This document shows, piece after piece, positions 28,001-38,044 of a stretch of 64,000 bases of DNA. The position numbers and the translations under genes are program-made. The notes beneath the pieces are model-generated. The model saw only the letters and a list, made by a program, of their open reading frames with translations. It was not told where the DNA came from and did no database searches. The number at the start of each line of letters is the position of its first letter. Positions within the stretch are counted from its first letter, which is position 1. The stretch comes from Balanoglossus misakiensis (Eukaryota > Animalia > Hemichordata). The stretch lies in contig CM082598.2 of assembly GCA_040954595.2 (NCBI GenBank), positions 7,021,097-7,085,096 of the forward strand, given 5' to 3'.

Positions 28001-31000
28001 GAAGCAAGCTTGATGATGCATCAGGGTAGATAGTGATGCAAACACTTAACTATGACGTGGGTATAAAATGCATATGGGGATTTCAAATTAATTGTAAATC
28101 CCTGGGTTAATACGTGGCCAAACGCACTATAATTTGACATTGCTAATGCAATAGTGACACTAAAACTGATTCTTTGCATCAGGGCAAATTGTGAAGCATG
28201 CTTGATGATGCAAACACTGCATTTTGACATGGGTATTTAATACATATGCATTGATATTCAAAGTTGACTCTAAATCCTCGGTTAATACATGGCCAAAAGC
28301 ACTGTAATTTAAAATTGCTAATGCAAGGGTGACATTGAATCTGATTCTATGCATCAGGGCAAATACTGAAGAATGCTTAATGATGCACCTAGGTCAATTG
28401 TGATGCAATCACTAAACTTTGACACAAGGGTTTAAAATGCATACAGGGGGATTAAAGGATGACTGAAAATTCCTGGGTTAATACGTAGCCAAAAGCACTG
28501 TAATTTGACATTGCTAATGTAATGGTGACACTAAATCTGATTCTTTGCATCAGGGCAAATAGTGAAGCATGCTTGATGATGCAAACACTGCATTTTGACA
28601 TAGGTATTTAATGCATATGCATGGGTATTTGAAGTTGTCTGTAAATCTCCAGGTTAATACGTAGCCAAAAAGCACTGTAATTTGACATTGCTAATGCAAT
28701 GGTGACACTAAATCTGATTCTTTGTATCAGGGTAAATGGCAAAGCAAGCTTGATGATCATCACGGTAGAGAGTGATGCAAACACTTCGCTTTGACATAGG
28801 TATAACATGCATATGGGGATTTCAAGTTGATTATAAATCCCTGGGTTAATACGTGTCCAAAAGCACTGTAATTTGACATTGCTTATGCAATAGTGACACT
28901 AAAACTGATTATTTGCATCAGGGCAAATTGTGAAACATGCTTGATGATGCGTCAGAGTCAATTCCTGGGTTAATACGTGTCCAAAAGCACTGTAATTTGA
29001 CATTGCTAATGCAACAGTGACATTGAATCTGATTCTGTGCATCAGGGTAAATGGCGATGCAAGCTTGATGATGCATCATGGTAGATAGTGATGCAAACAC
29101 TTCACTTTGACATGGGTGTAAAATGCATCTGGGGTTTTCAAGTTGATTATAAATCCTAGGGTTAATACCTGGCCAAACGCAATGTAATTTGACATTGCTA
29201 ATGCAACGGTGACATTGAATCTGATTCTGTGCATCAGGGTAAATGGCGATGCAAGCTTGATGATGCATCATGGTAGATAGTGATGCAAACACTTCACTTT
29301 GACATGGGTGTAAAATGCATCTGGGGTTTTCAAGTTGATTATAAATCCCAGGGTTAATACCTGGCCAAACGCAATGTAATTTGACATTGCTAATGCAACG
29401 GTGACATTGAATCTGATTCTTTGCATCAAGGTAAATGGCGATGCAAGCTTGATGATGCATCACGGTAGATAGTGATGCAAACACTTCGCTTTGACATGGG
29501 TATTTAATGCATATGGTGTTTTCAAGTTGATTATACATCCTAGGGTTAATATGTGTCCAAAAGCACTTTAATTTGACATTGCTAATGCAACGGTGACATT
29601 GAATCTGATTCTTTGCATCAAAGTAAATGGCGATGCAAGCTTGATGATGCATCATGGTAGATAGTGATGCAAACACGTCACTTTGACATGGGTGTAAAAT
29701 GCATCTGGGGTTTTCAAGTTGATTATAAATCCCAGGGTTAATATGTGTCCAAAAGCACTGTAATTTGACATTGCTAATGCAACGGTGATATTGAATCTGA
29801 TTCTGTGCATCAGGGTAAATGGCGATGCAAGCTTGATGATGCATCATGGTAGATAGTGGTGCAAACACTTCACTTTGACATGGGTGTAAAATGCATCTGG
29901 GGTTTTCAAGTTGATCATAAATCCCAGGGTTAATATGTGTCCAAAAACACGGAAATTTGACATTGCTAATGCAACAGTGACATTGAATCTAATTCTTTGC
30001 ATCAGGGTAAATGGCAAAGCAAGCTTGATGATGCATCATGGTAGATAGTGATGCAAACACTTCACTTTGACATGGGTATTTAATGCATATGGGGTTTTCA
30101 AGTTGATTATACATCCTAGGGTTAATACGTGTCCAAAAGCACTTTAATTTGACATTGCTAATGCAACGGTGACATTGAATCTGATTATTTGCATCAAAGT
30201 AAATGGTGATGCAAGCTTGATGATGCATCACGATAGATAGTGATGCAATCACTTCGATTTGGCATCAGGGCAAATTGTGAAACATGCTTGATGATGCGTC
30301 AGAGTCAATTCCTGGGTTAATACGTGTCCAAAAGCACTGTAATTTGACATTGCTAATGCAACAGTAACATTGAATCTGATTCTGTGCATCAGGGTAAATG
30401 GCGATGCAAGCTTGATGATGCATCATGGTAGATAGTGATGCAAACACTTCACTTTGACATGGGTGTAAAATGCATATGGGGTTTTCAAGTTGATTATAAA
30501 TCCTAGGGTTAATACCTGGCCAAACGCAATGTAATTTGACATTGCTAATGCAACGGTGACATTGAATCTGATTCTGTGCATCAGGGTAAATGGCGATGCA
30601 AGCTTGATGATGCATCATGGTAGATAGTGATGCAAACACTTCACTTTGACATGGGTGTAAAATGCATCTGGGGTTTTCAAGTTGATTATAAATCCCAGGG
30701 TTAATACCTGGCCAAACGCAATGTAATTTGACATTGCTAATGCAACGGTGACATTGAATCTGATTCTGTGCATCAGGGTAAATGGAAAAGCAAGCTTGAT
30801 GATGCATCATGGTAGATAGTGATGCAAACACTTCACTTTGACATGGGTATTTAATGCATATGGGGTTTTCAAGTTGATTATACATCCTAGGGTTAATACG
30901 TGTCCAAAAGCACTGTAATTTGACATTGCTAATGCAACGGTGACATTGAATCTGATTCTTTGCATCAGGGTAAATGGCGATGCAAGCTTGATGATGCATC

Positions 31001-31490
31001 ATGGTAGATAGTGATGCAAACACTTCACTTTGACATGGGTGTAAAATGCATCTGGGGTTTTCAAGTTGATTATAAATCCTAGGGTTAATACCTGGCCAAA
31101 CGCAATGTAATTTGACATTGCTAATGCAACAGTGACATTGAATCTGATTCTGTGCATCAGGGTAAATGGCGATGCAAGCTTGATGATGCATCATGGTAGA
31201 TAGTGATGCAAACACGTCACTTTGACATGGGTGTAAAATGCATCTGGGGTTTTCAAGTTGATTATAAATCCCAGGGTTAATACCTGGCCAAACGCAATGT
31301 AATTTGACATTGCTAATGCAACGGTGACATTGAATCTGATTCTGTGCATCAGGGTAAATGGAAAAGCAAGCTTGATGATGCATCATGGTAGATAGTGATG
31401 CAAACACTTCACTTTGACATGGGTATTTAATGCATATGGGGTTTTCAAGTTGATTATACATCCTAGGGTTAATACGTGTCCAAAAGCACT
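7035..31490. repeat. 192-bp satellite array, left arm, with ~172-bp and 124-bp deletion variants and higher-order repeats
   Basis: GCTAATGCAA recurs at 14341 and 14533 (period 192). The 64-aa periodicity of the minus-strand ORFs agrees. 960-bp HOR seen at 17341 vs 18301. Confidence 0.97.
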
Positions 31491-31790
31491 TTTGTGAAAC
31501 ACACCACGCTGGATTGAGGTAGAAGTAAGGCTTTTAATACCCAAACAAGAAACTCTCTTAACAAAACTTAAATAAATACAGAGAAAAACACAAGTGTCAA
31601 TAAATGAACAATAAAACTAAAATACACTAGTCTAGCTATTCAAATAAAAAACGCTAATCTAAAATTGGGAGGGGGCCCCTTCAGTCAAGCGGTCGAACCT
31701 GGCCCTGTGGGTGAATCCATCCTGACAGGCCGAAATGTGAGGGAGGTTGTGCACTTCCCGAGAGATGGGGGTCAGGATGAAATCCAAGGC
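31491..31790 (-). repeat. Split direct repeat B2 (300 bp)
   Basis: Identical by eye to 32084-32383 (offset 593). Confidence 0.93.
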
Positions 31791-31844
31791 AGACCGCAGG
31801 AATGAAGGGGAAAAAGAAAGGTGGAAGAACGGGGTGGAGGTGGG

Positions 31845-32083
31845 AAAGGCGACGTGACCTGGCTCAAGCAGAGAACTGAATGAATGAATGAATGAATGGG
31901 GAAACAAAGGACGGCCAGTCTGACGCTAAGGGCCGTGTGCACAGGCCAAGCTGATTGGTCAGAAACGAAGCAAGTAAAGGTCAGTACCAACGGCGCTGAT
32001 TGGTCGAGGAAATGGAGGTGGGGCTAGTGAAGACCACCTCGGTGTGTTCACAAAAAGCATCTGTGATACAACACAGATTTTAC
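31845..32083 (-). repeat. Split direct repeat A2 (239 bp)
   Basis: Matches 37806-38044 (offset 5961) with one visible mismatch (TCAGTACC vs TCAGCACC). Confidence 0.93.
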
Positions 32084-32383
32084 TTTGTGAAACACACCAC
32101 GCTGGATTGAGGTAGAAGTAAGGCTTTTAATACCCAAACAAGAAACTCTCTTAACAAAACTTAAATAAATACAGAGAAAAACACAAGTGTCAATAAATGA
32201 ACAATAAAACTAAAATACACTAGTCTAGCTATTCAAATAAAAAACGCTAATCTAAAATTGGGAGGGGGCCCCTTCAGTCAAGCGGTCGAACCTGGCCCTG
32301 TGGGTGAATCCATCCTGACAGGCCGAAATGTGAGGGAGGTTGTGCACTTCCCGAGAGATGGGGGTCAGGATGAAATCCAAGGC
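32084..32383 (-). repeat. Split direct repeat B1 (300 bp)
   Basis: Directly abuts A2. Copy of 31491-31790. Confidence 0.93.
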
Positions 32384-32479
32384 CCAAACGAAGGAAGAAT
32401 GACTGAAGTTGACCCCCAAAATAAAGGGAAGTGGAATAGAGGAAATGGGGTGAGATGTTGGAAGTGGTGGGAGTGGGAT

Positions 32480-32815
32480 CCTGGGGGACGGGTCGACCGT
32501 GCGAGCCCAGGTGGGAGCGTGGAATGAATGAGCCCAAGGGATCATAACATGATGCGGCTTGGGGGGGAGGGGTTCCTGGGGGACGGGTCGACCGTGCGAG
32601 CCCAGGTGGGAGCATGGAATGAATGAGCCCAAGGGATCATAACATGATGCGGCTTGGGGGGGAGGGGGGTCCTGGGGGACGGGTCGACCGTGCGAGCCCA
32701 GGTGGAAACAGGTGGAACGAATGAGACAATGGAAAGATGTCGCCCAAGGGATCATAAAATGATGCGGCTTGGGTGGGTGTGGTCCTGGGGGACGGGTTGA
32801 CCGTACGAGCCCAGG
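32480..32815. repeat. Tandem hairpin repeats in the Ngaro 3' UTR (4 units, 95-113 bp)
   Basis: CCTGGGGGACGGGTCGACCGTGCGAGCCCAGG at 32480, 32575, 32671 and (variant) 32784. Confidence 0.9.
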
Positions 32816-32881
32816 TGGCATTGTGGTAAAACAAGAAAAAGGAGGTAAACTTAACAGAAGGCAAGCGCGAGAAGAAACACT

Positions 32882-34516
32882 CTAATGACTGGCAAGCACA
32901 TGAAAAGCGTGACGCAAGGAGGTCTCGGAGGTTCTAATATACAACTGGTAACAGTCACTAGACCATCTACCTAAGTACTGAATTAGGTGATCGGGGATGC
33001 GAGACGAAGCAGCCGTTGTTGCTGCCCCTATTCGGAAGGAATGTCCGGCGAATAGGTTGGCCTGAAGGCCGAGTCGTGCCAGTACAGTACGAAGCGAAGT
33101 TATGAAAGTGTGACGGTCCATAGGGAGTCTGTCCGGCAGGAGAAACAGCGGTTCGCTAGGTGAGGCCTGCATAAGTTGGCGGACGGTAACAAACCGAAGT
33201 AGCGTAGAGACTGGGCAAATCTGCGTATATGTTGGGAATAGGCGCAAGTCGAATCCACGACGCAATTGGTCGGTTTTGGACATCTTGATGTGGACAGACA
33301 AAAAGTTAATGTGGGTATCCGAAGAGTTGATGCTGACGTCGCCAAGGCAGAGATTGGAACTTGCATGGAAATGTTGGGTTGTCGTGGTGAATTCACTGCA
33401 ACGGAGGAATCCGAAGAATGCCAGAAGGAAGGCTGCCTCTAGCAAAAGGTCAAAGTACGCGCCAAATACACCTTGACGGAGGAGGAGACACATACGCCTG
33501 AGGATATCCGCAGTGATTGGTAAGCGTGGTCTGATGGTAGATCCTTGCATCCGTTGAATACCCCTGAGGACGTTGCTCAGCAACTGCCTTTTTGTGCAGG
33601 ACTTGCGGTTGAGGAAGGAAGTGAGCAGCTCGAGGATTCTGGCTAGCTTGTCGCGAGGTAAGCGCGCCTCCATTTTGACAGTGTCAAGTACGATGCCGAG
33701 ATACTCCAGGGAGGTAGTTGGGCCCACAGTTTTGTGTGGGGCGATGGGGATACCGAGACGAATAAACAGCAGAGTCAGCAAAGCCATGGTGCGATCAGCA
33801 TCGAAGGACGGGGGGTCAACGGTGAGGAAATCATCCAGAAGATGGAAAATGGTATTGATGCCGTAGACGTAGTGAGCAATCCAGGATACCGCGCAAGAAA
33901 GCGAATCAAAGATCTTCGGGCTAGAACGCGAACCGAATGGGAGACGAACGAAGAAGTAGAATTGATCATCCCACTGGATACCATAGAGGTGCCATAGCGA
34001 CGGGTGTATAGGAATCAGTTTGAAGGCATCTACTATGTCAGTTTTGCAGAGCCACGAGCCTTTTCCTGACTTGAGGATGGCAGAAACAGCGTCGTCAATT
34101 TTAACGTAGGAAAGGCTGAATTCCTCTTTGTCAATGAGGTCATTGATGCTGGAGATCGCGGGGTCATTGCGCGGTGAGGAGAGGTCAACGATGAGACGCT
34201 TCTTTGTAGAATACTTCTTATCTGCCAGACCGATTGGACTGCAACGGAAATTTGCAAATGGGGGTTGGTCGAACGGGCCAGCTAGGTACCCCTTTTTCAC
34301 TTCTGTATTTATCAGTTCGGAAACCGCTTCGGGCTGAGTACGTGCTGATAATAAATTGCGGCCGAAGAAGGAAGAGGAGGGTGCATTGCGGACGCCAGTG
34401 TGAAATCCCTGTTGCAGACCCGAGATGAGGTAGTTGACAAAGGCGCGGTCGGGGTGAGAGGTCAAATGGTGGGCGAGGCTGTCGATCTCAATAGGTGTGG
34501 ACGGCTTGGCGGGTAG
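32882..34516 (-). CDS. pol: Reverse transcriptase fused in frame to a tyrosine recombinase catalytic domain (RNase H and YR N-terminal domain absent)
   Basis: RT motifs RLIVDLS, KTDIVDAF, LPFGSRSSP, HLLDDF, YLGI. After KRQLLS the ORF continues directly into YR motifs GFLRCSEF, KMSKTDQ, GHSFRIGAAT, GRWSS..Y..Y. The frame is open from 34516; the track's start at 34465 is TTG. Confidence 0.9.
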   Translation of the reverse strand, partial: LPAKPSTPIEIDSLAHHLTSHPDRAFVNYLISGLQQGFHTGVRNAPSSSFFGRNLLSARTQPEAVSELINTEVKKGYLAGPFDQPPFANFRCSPIGLADKKYSTKKRLIVDLSSPRNDPAISSINDLIDKEEFSLSYVKIDDAVSAILKSGKGSWLCKTDIVDAFKLIPIHPSLWHLYGIQWDDQFYFFVRLPFGSRSSPKIFDSLSCAVSWIAHYVYGINTIFHLLDDFLTVDPPSFDADRTMALLTLLFIRLGIPIAPHKTVGPTTSLEYLGIVLDTVKMEARLPRDKLARILELLTSFLNRKSCTKRQLLSNVLRGIQRMQGSTIRPRLPITADILRRMCLLLRQGVFGAYFDLLLEAAFLLAFFGFLRCSEFTTTTQHFHASSNLCLGDVSINSSDTHINFLSVHIKMSKTDQLRRGFDLRLFPTYTQICPVSTLLRFVTVRQLMQASPSEPLFLLPDRLPMDRHTFITSLRTVLARLGLQANLFAGHSFRIGAATTAASSRIPDHLIQYLGRWSSDCYQLYIRTSETSLRHAFHVLASH

Positions 34517-34996
34517 TCAATTTTGGGGTCGCTGTTTGCCCGAGCACTTGCCCTGGGCTCTGCTGTGGTCGCCGGAGAAGCAGATTGAACAGCAATGGGC
34601 GAAGGAACAGTTATCTCTCTTGCAACCCGTGGGCGAATTGAAATTATTACAGAGTTCTTTACCCTGGTGGAAAACGCGGGGACGTCCTTTCCGGTCCTGT
34701 GATGACGATTGCGATGGTGCGGAGGAGGATTGCGATGGTGCGGAGTTAACCGATTTCTTGCTGCCCGGAGCAAGTTGTGGACAAATCTCAGTAGCGTGGG
34801 CTACACTTCCGCAAAGGTTGCACAGGGCAGCCCGCAGCCCGGAGAAAATAGAACAATATAAGGTGGTGTCCCGGCGCGACCAATCCACCTTAATGTTGTG
34901 GTTTAGCAGCAAAGCCGCGGCCCTAGCGGAGAATGCACGGTGGTACTCATAAAAGGCCATGCCACTAAAACGACGCGACATGTCGACTATGTCCCT
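34517..34996 (-). pseudogene. gag: Ngaro gag/ORF1, C-terminal part with Cys/His fingers
   Basis: RDIVDMSRRFSGMAFYEYHRAFSARAAA..VDWS..; CNLCGSVAHATEIC; CNNFNSPTGCKRDNCSFAHCCSICFSGDHSRAQGKC. Cut off upstream by satellite DNA. Confidence 0.85.
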
Positions 34997-37205
34997 CTTG
35001 ATGATGCATCATGGTAGATAGTGATGCAAACACGTCACTTTGACATGGGTGTAAAATGCATCTGGGGTTTTCAAGTTGATTATAAATCCCAGGGTTAATA
35101 TGTGTCCAAAAGCACTGTAATTTGACATTGCTAATGCAACGGTGATATTGAATCTGATTCTGTGCATCAGGGTAAATGGCGATGCAAGCTTGATGATGCA
35201 TCATGGTAGATAGTGATGCAAACACGTCACTTTGACATGGGTGTAAAATGCATCTGGGGTTTTCAAGTTGATCATAAATCCCAGGGTTAATATGTGTCCA
35301 AAAACACGGAAATTTGACATTGCTAATGCAACAGTGACATTGAATCTAATTCTTTGCATCAGGGTAAATGGCAAAGCAAGCTTGATGATGCATCATGGTA
35401 GATAGTGATGCAAACACTTCACTTTGACATGGGTATTTAATGCATATGGGGTTTTCAAGTTGATTATACATCCTAGGGTCAATACGTGTCAAAAAGCACT
35501 GTAATTTGACATTGCTAATGCAACGGTGACATTGAATCTGATTCTTTGCATCAAGGTAAATGGCGATGCAAGCTTGATGATGCATCACGGTAGATAGTGA
35601 TGCAAACACTTCGCTTTGACATGGGTATTTAATGCATATGGGGTTTTCAAGTTGATTATACATCCTAGGGTTAATACGTGTCCAAAAGCACTTTAATTTG
35701 ACATTGCTAATGCAACGGTGACATTGAATCTGATTCTTTGCATCAAAGTAAATGGCGATGCAAGCTTGATGATGCATCACGGTAGATAGTGATGCAATCA
35801 CTTCGCTTTGACATGGGTATTTAATGCATATGGGGTTTTCAAGTTGATTATAAATCGTAGGGTTAATACGTGTCCAAAAGCAGTTTAATTTGACATTGCT
35901 AATGCAACGGTGACATTGAATCTGATTCTTTGCATCAAAGTAAATGGTGATGCAAGCTTGATGATGCATCACGATAGATAGTGATGCAATCACTTCGCTT
36001 TGGCATGGGTATTTAATGCATATGGGGTTTTCAAGTTGATTATAAATCGTAGGGTTAATACGTGTCCAAAAGCACTGTAATTTGACATTGCTAATATAAC
36101 GGTGACATTGAATCTGATTCTGTGCATCAGGGTAAATGGCAAAGCAAGCTTGATGATGCATCATGGTAGATAGTGATGCAAACACTTCGCTTTGACATGG
36201 GTATTTAATGTATCTGCATGGGTATTTAATATTGACTGAAAATTCCTGGGGTAATACGTGTCCAAAAGCACTATAATTTGACATTGCTAATGCAATGGTG
36301 ACATTGAATGTGATTCTTTGCATCAGGGTAAATGGCGATGCAGGCTTGATGATGGATCAGAGTAGATGGTGATGCAAGCTCTGCACTTTGACATAGGTAT
36401 TTAATGTATCTGCATGGGTATTTAATGTTGACTGAAAATTCCTGGGTTAATACGAGTCCAAAAGCACTGTAATTTGACATTGCTAATGCAATGTTGACAT
36501 AGAATGTGATTCTGTGCATCAGGGTAAATGGCGATGCAGGCTTGATGTTGCATAATGGTAGAGAGAGATGCAAACACTTCGCTTTGACATAGGTACATTT
36601 ATAACATGCATATGGGGATTTCAAGTTGATTATAAATCCCTCAGTTAATACGTGTCGAAAAGCACTGTAATTTAAAATTGCTAATGCGATGGTGACATTG
36701 AATCTGATTCTTTGCATCAGGGCAAATAGTGAAGCATGCTTGATGATGCAAACACTGCATTTTGACATAGGTATTTAATGCATATGCATGGGTATTTGAA
36801 GTTGTCTGTAAATCTCCAGGGTAATTCATAGCCAAGAGCACTGTAATTTGACATTGCTAATGCAATGGTGACACTAAATGTGATTCTTTGTATCAGGGTA
36901 AATGGGGAAGCAAGCTTGATGATCATCACGGTAGAGAGTGATGCAAACACCTCGCTTTGACATAGGGGATTTCAAGTTGATTATAAATCCCTGGGTTAAT
37001 ACGTGTCAAAAAGCACTGTAATTTGACATTGCTAATGCAACGGTGACATTGAATCTGATTCTGTGCATCAGGGTAAATGGCGATGCAAGCTTGATGATGA
37101 ATCATGGTAGATAGTGATGCAAACACTTCGCTTTGACATGGGTATTTAATGCATATGGGGATTTCAAGTTCATTGTAAATCCCTGGGTTCATTGTAAATC
37201 ACTGG
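34997..37205. repeat. 192-bp satellite block inserted inside the Ngaro gag; copy of 38309-40501
   Basis: ORF-track proteins are identical at offset 3312 (35346/38658, 36271/39583, 36641/39953, 36717/40029). Both copies share private variants such as AGGTACATTTATAACATG and GGGTAATTCATAGCC. Confidence 0.93.
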
Positions 37206-37733
37206 TCATACCAGTTCGACGTGCGGTAAATTTTCCGAGGAAATACCGCGAGAACGGAGCAGGTCATTGGTAGCGCCAGAATGGTTGTTGTTAGTGGCCG
37301 AGCCCCGGCCGCCATCTTGGAAAGCGTTGGTGTTTTGCTCCATAGGCGGATGTGACGTCACCGGCGATGACGTCATGGGTGCGTTGTTGCTGAACCCTGG
37401 ATTTTGCTGTTCCAAGACTAAGCGCGTCAGGTTGTTGACAGAGTCTTGCAGAGATGTAAACATGGAAGTAGTTACATAATTGTTTTGCTGCTCTTGCCTA
37501 CTGCCTTGGGGGACGTCAGAAGATTCAGGACTGGAACGACGATCGGCTGGAACTTCGTTGTTGTAGCCCTGGACAGAAGTCGCACAGTTCTCAGTGACCA
37601 GTCTATTCAGATCGGTGGTACTCGGCGACGCAGACACGGCATCCGGTGTCGCTGAAGAGCGGGATTGAGCTCGGGTAGTCGGTCTGACGTACGGCTGAGC
37701 TGTTGGGACTCGTGATCGACGTCTGGCAGGCAT
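37206..37733 (-). pseudogene. gag: Ngaro gag/ORF1, N-terminal part
   Basis: ATG at 37733 (MPARRRSRVP...), just inside A1. Low-complexity region, short coiled coil (LQDSVNNLTRLV), ending RGISSENLPHVELV at the satellite junction. Confidence 0.75.
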
Positions 37734-37805
37734 TTTTCTTCGGTTAGAACACGTAACGGCGAAGAATGAAAACACAGGTTGAAATGGACGAGTTACGTAG
37801 TAAAT

Positions 37806-38044
37806 AAAGGCGACGTGACCTGGCTCAAGCAGAGAACTGAATGAATGAATGAATGAATGGGGAAACAAAGGACGGCCAGTCTGACGCTAAGGGCCGTGTG
37901 CACAGGCCAAGCTGATTGGTCAGAAACGAAGCAAGTAAAGGTCAGCACCAACGGCGCTGATTGGTCGAGGAAATGGAGGTGGGGCTAGTGAAGACCACCT
38001 CGGTGTGTTCACAAAAAGCATCTGTGATACAACACAGATTTTAC
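37806..38044 (-). repeat. Split direct repeat A1 (5' terminus; probable promoter region)
   Basis: Copy of A2. Two GCTGATTGGTC motifs (CCAAT on the minus strand) and a (TGAA)n tract. Confidence 0.9.

Larger units (their letters stand above)
31491..38044 (-). mobile_element. Ngaro-type (DIRS order) tyrosine-recombinase retrotransposon with split direct repeats
   Basis: On the minus strand: A1 (38044-37806), gag, RT, YR, B1 (32383-32084), A2 (32083-31845), B2 (31790-31491). No TSD. The flanks rejoin to the intact satellite sequence CAAAAGCACT|GTAATTTGAC. Confidence 0.93.

Noticed and set aside
31715-31790. Hammerhead ribozyme in the B repeat (CTGACAG..GAAA) or in the satellite (TTGATGA)
   Set aside because: Neither has the CUGANGA core with correctly placed stems and GAAA.
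31659-32864. Pro-rich ORFs at the Ngaro 3' end
   Set aside because: They run through terminal and tandem repeats in several frames and have no domain signature.
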